Shown here: positions 55,611-64,000 of the stretch, piece after piece
How positions within the stretch are numbered: position 1 is the first letter of the stretch
How the letters are laid out: the number at the start of each line of letters is the position of its first letter
Assembly (NCBI GenBank): GCA_041482115.1
Contig: JBGPDC010000003.1
Coordinates: 4,695 to 68,694, forward strand
DNA from: Terriglobia bacterium
Lineage (GTDB): Bacteria; Acidobacteriota; Terriglobia; Bryobacterales; JACQDG01
DNA length: 64,000 nucleotides
Direction of reading: 5' to 3'
Made by a program: the position numbers and the translations under genes
The notes under the pieces: generated by a model
What the model was told of the DNA's origin: nothing
Seen by the model: only the letters and a program-made list of their open reading frames with translations
Databases searched by the model: none

Positions 55611-58325
55611 TCACTGGACGGGAACCCGGTAAATGTTGCGCTGCGTGGCAAACCGGGGGAAGGCATATATCGAGGGATTGGGTCCAGGAATCGCTTCCGG
55701 CTCCGGGATCAGCCGTGCTCCGGGCAAAGCAGCCAGCTCTTGCTTGGTTTGAAATCCGGAGGCCGGCAGGGGCGGCAACCCCTGGCCAGGCCGCAGCGGA
55801 ATTGCATAAACGGACCCCTGAAAGTTCAGATAGAGGAATTTTCCGTCCGGCGTCCAGTCCACATAGAGAGATTGCCAGCCCCGCTCAAAATTGGGGGCTT
55901 CGGCGCACGCGCCGCAGACCAGTGTGGGAGAACCGCCGCTGGCCGGATACACGACCACTGCGCCCCACGCTTTTTCGATCCCACCCTGCACCACTACCCA
56001 CTTTCCGTCCGACGAAACACTAGGTTGGCCGCCCGTAAAGTCTAGCTGCCGCCCCTGGTAGAGCGGCGCCGGTACTACCTTGGGTAATTCACTGCCATCT
56101 TCCTTGACGCGATAAAGGAAAATGTTTGTCTTCTCCCGGCCCACGAAGAGCACGTCGCCGCCTGCGCCGAAGAACGCCATGAGGCCGCCGCTGGCGGCGA
56201 GCTGCCGCGGCGCGGAACGCCGATCGAGCGCCGCGATCCACACCGGAGAGCGCCCCGCGTCGTCGGCCACGACAAACACCACGCGCTGGCCGTCGGCGGA
56301 GATCGTGTAGTGCTGCATTAGAAAGTCGGGCAGCAGCCGCTGGCGCTGCCCCGATTCCAGATCCGCGACCCAGAGTTCTCCGCTCATCCAGCTCCGCGCT
56401 CCCCCGGCGCGCAACAGGTAATATAGCTTTTTGCCATCGGGAGAGAGGGACGGAAGAAGGGCGAAGCCTTCTGAAGTGATCTGCCTGTCGCCGCGCGAAT
56501 CGTGGAACCACAACGTGCTCTGGCTCGTGCCGACCGCGGTGACGAAGGAGCGGCCGTCGGGAGCGAATGCGATTCCCTCTTCTTGCGTGGCGCCGGACGT
56601 GACCTGCTGGGGCGCCCCGTCGGGGAAGCGCTGCCGCCAGATGTGATACCCGTTTCCGGCATTGGCGGTGAAATACATCCACTTCCCATCGGGGGACCAG
56701 GCAGCGGCGGTACACTGCGCCGGCGCCGGGCCGACGGGGTTTCCAGGAGAGCTGCCGTCGAAAGGCACCAACCGGCAGGGCAGCCACGAGCTGGCGTCCA
56801 TCTCAGCCAGGAGGATCCACTTCCGATCGGGCGAGAGATAAGAGAAGTGGGCCATGCCGCTGTCCTCGGCGCGCGGCATGTAGATTGTGCGCTGCTGGGC
56901 GCGGCTCTCCGTCGAGGTGAAAATACCCATCTGCGCGCCCTTGCCGGTCAACTCCGAAAACAGGACCCGGGGCTGACCGGCGCCGGTCTCGATCCAGGTG
57001 AGCCCCATCGAGTTAGGTAAAAAGCGGCGCGGCTCCCCTCCCAGTACGGGCACCACCCAGGTGTCCAAAGCCCAATTCTCCATGGCCCCGTATGCGATGC
57101 GCGCCCCATCGGGCGAGAACTGGGGTCTAGTAACGGTCAAGTTCGGGCCGTTGTGTGTGAGCTGCAACGGCTCCCCGTCGGGCAGGAGCTTGACGTAAAT
57201 CTGCCCTGGACCGCCGATGGTACTCTCCCCCCGGATGAACGCCAGCATGCGGCCGTCCGGCGAGAGCGCCGGCGAGGTGGCGGAGTCGGCGAAGTTGGTG
57301 AGCTGCGTGTATTCGAGGCGCGCCGACGCGACGGGCGCCCGGGAGCGGAATTCCGTCAGCGCGCCGATGGCCAGCAGCCCCAGCAGGCCGCCCGCGGCGA
57401 TCCACCACCACTTCCAGCGCGTCGCGGGCGGGCCGGCGGGAACTACCGTGGCCGACGAGGTTTCCCCCAGCGGCTTTCGCGCCAGCCGGCGCAGGTCGAC
57501 GACCATCTCCCGCATGGACTGGTAGCGCTCCGCCGGGTCCTGTTCCAGGGCTTTTTCCACCACCGCCCGCAGCGCGCCCGGAACCTGTTCCGGCAGCGGC
57601 TGAGCCTCCCCGTTGATGATCGTCTGCAAGACTTCGAGATCCGTCGCGCCGGTGAACGGCCGATGCCCGGCCAGTAGTTCATACAGCACTACGCCGAAGG
57701 AAAAAATATCGCTGCGTGCGTCGGTCGGCCGGCCGGAGGCCTGCTCCGGTGACATGTAGGCGACTGTGCCCAGAATCACGCCAGGGCGTGTAGGTTCCCC
57801 CGCGTCCGTGCGGGTCTCGTCCCCCGGCGTGGCGTCTTCCGCCAGCTTGGCCAAGCCAAAATCCGCCAGCTTGGCGTAGCCGTTCTTAGCTACCAGTATG
57901 TTGGCGGGTTTGATGTCGCGGTGCGTCATCGCCGCCGCGTGCGCCGCGGCCAGCCCGTCGGCAACGCCTGCCAGCAATTCCACGATCTGCCGCCAGGTGC
58001 GCCTTTCGGCACGGGCCCAGTCTTTTAGCGTGCCGCCGTCGACAAACTCCGTGACCAGGTACTGCCGGCCCTCGAACTCACCCGCATCGTGGACTGTCAG
58101 AATGTGCGGATGGTTCAGCGAAGACGCCATTTGCGCCTCGCGCTGGAAGCGGCGCCGCGCGGCCGCGTCGGCCACCTCGCTCGAGAGGAGCTTGATGGCT
58201 ACCGGACGGTTGAGCTTGGTGTCGAGCGCCCGGTAGACAGTCCCCATGCCGCCCTTGCCGAGTAGGGACTCGAGGCGGTAGGGGCCGATCTGCGCGCCGG
58301 CGATACTCCCTGGGTCGGAGCTCAT
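55611..58325 (-). CDS. Ser/Thr protein kinase fused through one TM segment to TolB-like PD40/WD40 beta-propeller repeats
   Basis: Kinase motifs GKGGMGTVY...VAIK, HRDIKPANIL, DFGLAK, GTVAYMSPEQ. TM segment WWWIAAGGLLGLLAIGAL. Repeated SPDG(R/K)xxAF/Y units. Confidence 0.85.
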   Translation of the reverse strand: MSSDPGSIAGAQIGPYRLESLLGKGGMGTVYRALDTKLNRPVAIKLLSSEVADAAARRRFQREAQMASSLNHPHILTVHDAGEFEGRQYLVTEFVDGGTLKDWARAERRTWRQIVELLAGVADGLAAAHAAAMTHRDIKPANILVAKNGYAKLADFGLAKLAEDATPGDETRTDAGEPTRPGVILGTVAYMSPEQASGRPTDARSDIFSFGVVLYELLAGHRPFTGATDLEVLQTIINGEAQPLPEQVPGALRAVVEKALEQDPAERYQSMREMVVDLRRLARKPLGETSSATVVPAGPPATRWKWWWIAAGGLLGLLAIGALTEFRSRAPVASARLEYTQLTNFADSATSPALSPDGRMLAFIRGESTIGGPGQIYVKLLPDGEPLQLTHNGPNLTVTRPQFSPDGARIAYGAMENWALDTWVVPVLGGEPRRFLPNSMGLTWIETGAGQPRVLFSELTGKGAQMGIFTSTESRAQQRTIYMPRAEDSGMAHFSYLSPDRKWILLAEMDASSWLPCRLVPFDGSSPGNPVGPAPAQCTAAAWSPDGKWMYFTANAGNGYHIWRQRFPDGAPQQVTSGATQEEGIAFAPDGRSFVTAVGTSQSTLWFHDSRGDRQITSEGFALLPSLSPDGKKLYYLLRAGGARSWMSGELWVADLESGQRQRLLPDFLMQHYTISADGQRVVFVVADDAGRSPVWIAALDRRSAPRQLAASGGLMAFFGAGGDVLFVGREKTNIFLYRVKEDGSELPKVVPAPLYQGRQLDFTGGQPSVSSDGKWVVVQGGIEKAWGAVVVYPASGGSPTLVCGACAEAPNFERGWQSLYVDWTPDGKFLYLNFQGSVYAIPLRPGQGLPPLPASGFQTKQELAALPGARLIPEPEAIPGPNPSIYAFPRFATQRNIYRVPVQ

Positions 58326-58399
58326 GGCGTTGGCGACTCGCTCGGAGAATCGTCAGCAGGATATCACAGTTTTCGCGAAGCCCTGCTGGCGTCGACAGG

Positions 58400-59386
58400 C
58401 TACGCGACCGGCGACCCCACCCCCGCTGTGCCCCCCAGCGGCTGCGACTCGAAGAAGTTGCCCATCTGGCGAAACCGCTCGTAGCGGTGGGCTACCAACT
58501 CGGGACCCGAGAGCGGCGTGAGAAGGTCGAGAGCCGCTTCGAGCGCCTGCTTCAATAGCAAGGCCGCGCCATCCACGTCTTTGTGAGCCCCGCCTTCGGG
58601 CTCCGGCACGATTCCATCGATCAACTGCAGTTCCTTCAGATCCTGGGCCGTGAGCCGCAGCGCGGCCGCTGCCAGCTCGGCCCGTCCCGAATCCCGCCAG
58701 ATGATCGCGGCGCAGCTTTCCGGCGAGATCACGCTGTAGACGGCGTTCTCGAGCATCAGCACCGTGTTCCCCACGCCCAGCGCCAGCGCCCCGCCGCTGC
58801 CGCCCTCGCCAATGCAGGTCACCACGATCGGCGTTTCCAGGCGCGCCATCTCGCGCAGGTTATAAGCGATCGCTTCGGCCTGCCCGCGCTCCTCGGCGTC
58901 GATGCCCGGATACGCCCCGGGCGTGTCGAGAAACGCCAGCACCGGACGCCGGAATTTCGCCGCCACCTGCATCGCCCGCAGCGCCTTGCGGTATCCTTCC
59001 GGCTTCGACATGCCGAAGTTCCGGTAGAGCTTCTGCTTGGTGTCGCGGCCCTTCTGCTGCCCCACCAGCATCACCTCGCGCGTCCCGAGGCGCGCCATCC
59101 CGCAAATGATGGCCGGATCGTCCCCAAAGCGCCGGTCGCCGTGGATCTCGGCGAAGTTCGTGAAGATTCGCGAGACGTAGTCGAGGGTATGCGGCCGCTG
59201 GGGATGCCGCGCCAGCAGCACGCGCTCCCAGGCGGTGGAACCCTCGCCCAGGTGCTGCAGCGCCACCACCTCGGCGGCCATTTCCTCCAGCCGCGCCTCT
59301 ACCGCCGGATCGTGCTGCAAGGCCCGCAGCTCGGAGATCTCGCTCTCCAGTTGCGCGACCCGGTCCTTCAGTTCTTCAGGAGACAT
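58400..59386 (-). CDS. accA: Acetyl-CoA carboxylase carboxyltransferase alpha subunit
   Basis: ARHPQRPHTLDY, FGDDPAIICGMARL, FLDTPGAYPG, GEGGSGGALAL. ATG at 59386 (MSPEELKDRVAQLE) lies 2 nt after the dnaE stop. Confidence 0.95.
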   Translation of the reverse strand: MSPEELKDRVAQLESEISELRALQHDPAVEARLEEMAAEVVALQHLGEGSTAWERVLLARHPQRPHTLDYVSRIFTNFAEIHGDRRFGDDPAIICGMARLGTREVMLVGQQKGRDTKQKLYRNFGMSKPEGYRKALRAMQVAAKFRRPVLAFLDTPGAYPGIDAEERGQAEAIAYNLREMARLETPIVVTCIGEGGSGGALALGVGNTVLMLENAVYSVISPESCAAIIWRDSGRAELAAAALRLTAQDLKELQLIDGIVPEPEGGAHKDVDGAALLLKQALEAALDLLTPLSGPELVAHRYERFRQMGNFFESQPLGGTAGVGSPVA

Positions 59387-59388
59387 AT

Positions 59389-62300
59389 TTATACCGGTAC
59401 AATCTCGACGGCGCCCGGCCCCAGGATCTGCTCGGCCGCGGTGCAAAACTCGCGGTCGGCGCGCACGCGCAGCCCGGAATCGACTAGCGCCACGAAGTCC
59501 CCGCGCCGCTCGAGGCGGAAGCAGACATCGGTTTCGCCCGGCTTGTGCTGAAACAGCTCGGCCAGCCGGTCCGGCAGGTCGGTCTTCTCGCTCCCGTTCA
59601 GCCGCACCTTGACGAAGATCTGCCGCGGGACCCGAATGCGCGCCAGATCGAGCGGCGTGATGTCCGAGACGGCCACCTTGGGAGGGCCGTTCTCGTCGGG
59701 ACGCAGGCTGCCCCGCACCAGCAGCGCCGTATCCGGCTCGAGCATCGGGCGCAGCCCTTCATAGGAAGCCGCAAACACGAGCAGATCGATGTTGCCCGTG
59801 CGGTCTTCGAGCACCGCCGCCGCCCACGGCTTGCCCTCCCGGTTGCGCTTCACCGTCACGCTCGAGAGCATCCCGCACAGCGCCACCTCGGCGCCCTGCG
59901 CGAGCCCCTCGAGGGTCGAGCTGTCGTGCGTCGAGAGCTCGCGAATCTTCTCCTCGTAATCGTTCAGCGGGTGTCCGGTAACGTAAAAGCCCAGGACCTC
60001 TTTTTCGTGCTTCAACTTCTCCCGCTCCGTCCACGGCGCGACGTCCGGCAGCGTTTCGGCCGTCTGGCTCTCCTCGGGCGCCGGCGCGCCGAACAGCCCG
60101 TGCTGCCCCGATTCGCGGTCGCGTCCCGCCTTCTGGCCGTTCTCCATGGCGCGGTCGAGCGCGGCCACGAGCTGCGCGCGCGTGCCCCCCAGCGAATCCA
60201 TCGCGCCGCCCTTGATCGTGCTCTCGAGCGCCCGCTTGTTGAGCGGCCGCATGTCCACCTGCTCGCAGAATTGGAACAGCGAGTGGAAGCTGCCCACGCG
60301 CTCCCGCGCCTCCCGGATCGCGGCCACCGCCGACTGCCCCAGGTTCCGCACCGCCCCCAGTCCAAACCGGATCGCCTCCCCCGCCGGCGTGAAGCTCCAG
60401 TCGCTCGAATTCACGTCCGGCGGCAGGACCTTGATCCCCATCTCCCGGCACTCGTTGATGTACTTCACGACCTTGTCGGTGTTGCCGGTTTCCGAGCTGA
60501 GCAGCGCGGCGAAAAACTCCACCGGATAATGCGCCTTCAGGTACCCCGTGACGAAGGCCAGGTAGGCATAAGCCGCCGAGTGCGATTTGTTGAACCCGTA
60601 CCCGGCGAACTGCTCCATCAGGTCGAAAATCTTCTCGATCTTCTTGCGTGGGTGCCCCCGCTCGGCCCCGCCTTTCAGGAACCTCTCCCGCTGCTGGGCC
60701 ATCTCCTCGGGCTTCTTCTTGCCCATCGCCCGCCGCAGCAGGTCGGCCTCGCCCAGGCTGTAGCCCGCCAGGCGATTCGAGATCTGCATGACCTGTTCCT
60801 GATACAGGATCACCCCGTACGTTTCGGAGAGGATCTCTTGCAGCTCCGGCAGGTCGTAGGACACCGGCCGCCGCCCGTGCTTGCGGTCGATGAAGTCCGC
60901 GATCATCCCGCCCTGAATCGGCCCTGGACGGTACAGGGCGTTGAGCGCCGTGAGGTCTTCGAGACGCGTAGGCTGATAGCGGCGCAGCACGTCCCGCATG
61001 CCCTCGCTTTCAAACTGGAACACGCCGCTCGTGAGTCCTTTCGAAAACAGCGCGTAGGCCGCCGGATCGTCGAGTGGCAGATCCTCCACCACGATATCGA
61101 CGCCCCGGCCCGCCTTGATGAGCTTCAGCGCGTCGTCCACGACCGTCAGCGTCGTGAGGCCCAGGAAGTCCATCTTGAGAAGCGACAGCTTCTCGAGGCC
61201 GTTCATGTCGTACTGCGTGACAATTTCGTCGCGGTTGGTCTTATAGAGCGGAACCAGCTCCCGCAGCGGCTGCGGCGCGATCACCACCCCGGCGGCATGT
61301 ACCGAGGCGTTCCGCGACATGCCTTCCAGGCGCTGGGCGACCTCCATGACCTCGTTTACGCGCGGGTCTTTCTGCATCGCCTCGCGCAGCCGCGGCTCCT
61401 GCTCGATCGCCGTCTTCAGCTCGATGTTCAGCACGTTCGGCACCAGCTTGGTCAGCCGGTCCACGTCGGCGTAGGGCACGTCGAGCGCCCGCCCCACATC
61501 CTTGATCGCCGCCTTGGCGCCGAGCGTCGTGAAGGTGATGATCTGCGCCACCCGGTCCCGGCCGTACTTCTCCGTCACGTACCGGATCACCTCGCCCCGC
61601 CGGTTCATGCAGAAGTCGATGTCGATGTCGGGCATCGAAACCCGCTCCGGGTTGAGGAACCGCTCGAACAGCAGCTCATACTGCAGCGGGTCGAGGTCGG
61701 TGATCTGCATGGCGTAGCTGACGAGGCTCCCCGCCGCCGAGCCACGCCCCGGCCCCACCGGTATGTCCTTCGATTTAGCGAAGCGAATAAAATCCCAGAC
61801 GATAAGGAAATACCCAGAAAACTTCATCTTCTGAATCATCTGTATTTCCCGCTCCAGCCGCTCCACGTATTCCGCCAGATCGTGCTTCAGCCGCCCCTGC
61901 GCGCGCAGCGCCTCCAGGCGCGGACGCCGCTTCTCGAACCCCTCCCGCGCGACCCACTCGAAATAGCTGTCGGGCGAGTGCTCCTGCGGCACATCGAAGC
62001 GCGGGAAAGGTTCCTGCACCTTCTCGAGCTTCAACTGGCAGCGCTGGGCGATCTCCCACGTGCGGTCGAGCGCGTCCTCGCACTCGGCGAACAACTGCAG
62101 CATTTCCTCCCGCGACTTGATGTAAAAGTCGGGGTTCTCCCACCGCATCCGCGCCGGGTCGGACATCGTTTTTCCGGTCTGGATGCACAGCATGATCTCG
62201 TGCGCCCGGGCGTCCTCGCGGCGCAGGTAGTGGGAGTCGTTCGTGGCCACGAGCGGCACCCCCATTTCTTGCGACAGCCGGTAGACCTGCGGCAGCAGCC

Positions 62301-62853
62301 GCCGGTCCTTCTCGAGCCCGTGGTCCTGCACCTCCAGAAAAAAATTCCCCTTGCCGAAGATCTGCTTGTAATCCTCGGCGATCCGCCGGCCATCTTGATA
62401 ATCCTTCTCAAGCAGCGTCTCGTTGATCTCGCCTCGCAGGCAGGCCGAAAGCGCAATGAGACCCTTGCTATGCGCGGCGAGCAGGTCCTTGTCGATGCGC
62501 GGCTTGCGGTAGAACCCCTCCAGGTAGCCGCTCGATACGAGTTGAATCAGGTTGCGGTACCCCTCCTCGTTCTCGCACAGCAGCACGAGGTGGTGATACC
62601 GGTTCGAGTCGGTCTGGATGTGCCGGTCCTGCTGCGAAAGGTACACCTCGCAGCCGATCACCGGATGGATGCCGCGCTTCTGCGCCTCATTGTGAAACTG
62701 CACCGCGCCGAACAGGTTGCCGTGGTCGGTCATCGCCACCGCCGGCATCTTCTGCTGCTCGACGATCTCCATAAGCTGCGAGATTTCGCAGGCGCCGTCG
62801 AGCAGGGAATAATCGGTGTGGCAGTGCAGATGAACGAACGGGGGAGCCGCCAT
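59389..62853 (-). CDS. dnaE: DNA polymerase III alpha subunit
   Basis: The PHP domain start MAAPPFVHLHCHTDYSLLDGA gives ATG at 62853. Polymerase core ...GLLKMDFLGL..., OB fold at the C-terminus. Confidence 0.95.
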   Translation of the reverse strand: MAAPPFVHLHCHTDYSLLDGACEISQLMEIVEQQKMPAVAMTDHGNLFGAVQFHNEAQKRGIHPVIGCEVYLSQQDRHIQTDSNRYHHLVLLCENEEGYRNLIQLVSSGYLEGFYRKPRIDKDLLAAHSKGLIALSACLRGEINETLLEKDYQDGRRIAEDYKQIFGKGNFFLEVQDHGLEKDRRLLPQVYRLSQEMGVPLVATNDSHYLRREDARAHEIMLCIQTGKTMSDPARMRWENPDFYIKSREEMLQLFAECEDALDRTWEIAQRCQLKLEKVQEPFPRFDVPQEHSPDSYFEWVAREGFEKRRPRLEALRAQGRLKHDLAEYVERLEREIQMIQKMKFSGYFLIVWDFIRFAKSKDIPVGPGRGSAAGSLVSYAMQITDLDPLQYELLFERFLNPERVSMPDIDIDFCMNRRGEVIRYVTEKYGRDRVAQIITFTTLGAKAAIKDVGRALDVPYADVDRLTKLVPNVLNIELKTAIEQEPRLREAMQKDPRVNEVMEVAQRLEGMSRNASVHAAGVVIAPQPLRELVPLYKTNRDEIVTQYDMNGLEKLSLLKMDFLGLTTLTVVDDALKLIKAGRGVDIVVEDLPLDDPAAYALFSKGLTSGVFQFESEGMRDVLRRYQPTRLEDLTALNALYRPGPIQGGMIADFIDRKHGRRPVSYDLPELQEILSETYGVILYQEQVMQISNRLAGYSLGEADLLRRAMGKKKPEEMAQQRERFLKGGAERGHPRKKIEKIFDLMEQFAGYGFNKSHSAAYAYLAFVTGYLKAHYPVEFFAALLSSETGNTDKVVKYINECREMGIKVLPPDVNSSDWSFTPAGEAIRFGLGAVRNLGQSAVAAIREARERVGSFHSLFQFCEQVDMRPLNKRALESTIKGGAMDSLGGTRAQLVAALDRAMENGQKAGRDRESGQHGLFGAPAPEESQTAETLPDVAPWTEREKLKHEKEVLGFYVTGHPLNDYEEKIRELSTHDSSTLEGLAQGAEVALCGMLSSVTVKRNREGKPWAAAVLEDRTGNIDLLVFAASYEGLRPMLEPDTALLVRGSLRPDENGPPKVAVSDITPLDLARIRVPRQIFVKVRLNGSEKTDLPDRLAELFQHKPGETDVCFRLERRGDFVALVDSGLRVRADREFCTAAEQILGPGAVEIVPV

Positions 62854-62900
62854 CGGAGAGCTACAGTGTAGCATTGCCGGGCACCGCGTGACAGCTCGGA

Positions 62901-62946
62901 TTGACACCGCGCTCCAAATGTCCTACTATCAAGTAAGAATAGTAGG
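62901..62946 (+). promoter_or_regulatory. Near-consensus sigma70 promoter with overlapping palindromic operator upstream of vapB
   Basis: TTGACA (62901-62906), 17-nt spacer, TACTAT (62924-62929). Perfect 8-bp inverted repeat CCTACTAT (62922-62929) / ATAGTAGG (62939-62946). Confidence 0.5.
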
Positions 62947-62952
62947 ATCAAT

Positions 62953-63201
62953 ATGTTAAAAACTACAGTGTCAACCAAAGGTCAGGTGACCCTGCCGAAA
63001 TCCGCCCGCGAACAATTGGGACTCGAACCTGGGTCGCAACTCGAGGTGGTGGTCGAGCCCGGCACCATCCGGCTGCGCAAGCTAGAGCCCCGGTGGCGGC
63101 AGTGGTCCGGCGCTCTGCGAGGCAGCGAAGCTCTCCGGGACCTCGAGCGCGAGCATCGCGAGGAGGTCAGCCGGGATGAATCGCGGCTCCCCCGACGGTA
63201 A
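62953..63201 (+). CDS. vapB: AbrB/SpoVT-fold antitoxin (VapB-like)
   Basis: MLKTTVSTKGQVTLPKSAREQLGLEPGSQLEV is a SpoVT/AbrB swapped-hairpin motif. Confidence 0.8.
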   Translation: MLKTTVSTKGQVTLPKSAREQLGLEPGSQLEVVVEPGTIRLRKLEPRWRQWSGALRGSEALRDLEREHREEVSRDESRLPRR

Positions 63202-63604
63202 GGTCTTGGACGCTTGGGCGGTCCTCGCCTGGATCTACGGGCAGCCCTCCGCCTGGGGAGCGCTCGATCGCCTTCTCGAGCGCGCGCAAGCCGGTCAGGT
63301 GGTCCTCAGCATAAACATGGTGAATCTCGGCGAGGTCTACTACACCCTGACGCGGCGCGAGGGTGCGGAACGGGCCGACCGATTTCTGGATGACTTTGAG
63401 ACTATGCCGGTGCGCGTGGCGCCGGCGCCGAACTCGCTCATTCTCGAAGCCGCGCGGTGGAAGAGCCGGTTCCGCCTCTCGTACGCCGATGCGTTCGCCG
63501 TCGCGACTGCGGTCGGCGAGGATGCCGTTCTCGTGAGCGGCGATCCGGAGTTGCGCGAGTTGGCCGAGGCGGGAGTCGTGCGCCTGGAGTGGGTAGGGGC
63601 TTAG
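63176..63604 (+). CDS. vapC: PIN-domain toxin (VapC-like)
   Basis: LDAWAVLAWI... (first acidic residue), ...YADAFAVATA..., ...LVSGDPEL (PIN acidic residues). The start may instead be TTG at 63206, just after the vapB stop. Confidence 0.75.
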   Translation: MNRGSPDGKVLDAWAVLAWIYGQPSAWGALDRLLERAQAGQVVLSINMVNLGEVYYTLTRREGAERADRFLDDFETMPVRVAPAPNSLILEAARWKSRFRLSYADAFAVATAVGEDAVLVSGDPELRELAEAGVVRLEWVGA

Positions 63605-64000
63605 CTTCCGCAGGGAAAATGTTATAACCGCTCTCTACGGTCGCCGCGCGGCACCGCGTTGCTGAGCCGCGCGCGTAGCAAGCGGTATCGCGATATTAAC
63701 GAATTCATTGCGACAGGCCGCGAGATCTTGCGCCACCGCTTTGCCGACGAACACCTGGGCGCTAAACTTTCACTTCGAGTGTGTTTTTATTGGAGGAGCT
63801 TATCGCATCCCGTCCGCTCCACCCGCGTTAGCAAACGGCTGGGCGGAGGCCACACTGGCCCGCGACGGGATCGACGCGCCGGCCCGGGGTTTGCAGTGGG
63901 CGGGCCGGCGTCGGCGCGCAAGGCTCCGTGGAGCTGACCTCGCTCAGCCACCGCTAGGAAAAGTGCAATAGCCGTGGTGGGCGCACTCTAAGTAAGCCTG

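Noticed and set aside
59545-62871. 1108-aa ORF on the plus strand covering almost all of dnaE in antisense
   Set aside because: The opposite strand encodes an unmistakable DNA polymerase III alpha subunit. The antisense translation is Arg/Leu/Pro/His-rich with no recognisable motif. This is a typical stop-codon-poor shadow frame in GC-rich DNA.
63659-63971. Two overlapping 87-92-aa plus-strand ORFs after vapC
   Set aside because: They have no motifs, no Shine-Dalgarno sequence and an Arg/Ala/Gly-rich composition. They are cut by the window edge, so they cannot be supported.

Overview
GC-rich bacterial chromosomal window (about two-thirds G+C by eye, not computed). Long spurious antisense ORFs are common, so I called genes from recognisable protein motifs, start-codon context and translational coupling. 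Several features point to an Acidobacteriota genome of the Solibacter/Bryobacter type: eukaryote-like Ser/Thr kinases, a Solibacter-type C-terminal domain on a 1050-aa secreted protein, many polytopic glycosyltransferase-like proteins, and TonB-like and PD40 proteins. This taxonomic assignment is an inference. Housekeeping genes: mutL, tRNA-Met(CAT), rplU-rpmA-obg-nadD, accA and dnaE. Other content: a two-component cluster with a porin-like protein and an amicyanin-type cupredoxin; a coupled MoaD-like/BNR-propeller pair; two toxin-antitoxin pairs (DUF433/DUF5615 at the left edge, vapBC at the right); and an ECF sigma/ZAS anti-sigma pair. The main accessory region (about 28.1-51.8 kb) is a complete Tad/Flp pilus locus: tadE x2, tadG, four tandem flp genes, cpaB, cpaC, cpaE/tadZ, cpaF/tadA, tadB and tadC. 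A large polytopic GT-C-like membrane protein is inserted between tadG and the flp genes. Directly downstream lie six more GT87/GT-C-like integral membrane proteins and a membrane-anchored sugar epimerase/dehydratase. I propose this as a candidate pilus-linked periplasmic glycosylation system, undescribed as far as I know. Second highlight: an ArsC/Spx-family gene (52644-52985, minus) has an in-frame TGA exactly at the first Cys of its CxxC motif and a hairpin downstream, so it is a candidate selenoprotein (UxxC). Third highlight: a promoter followed by a roughly 90-nt multi-helix RNA structure upstream of obg. All homology statements come from motif recognition by eye. No searches were run.
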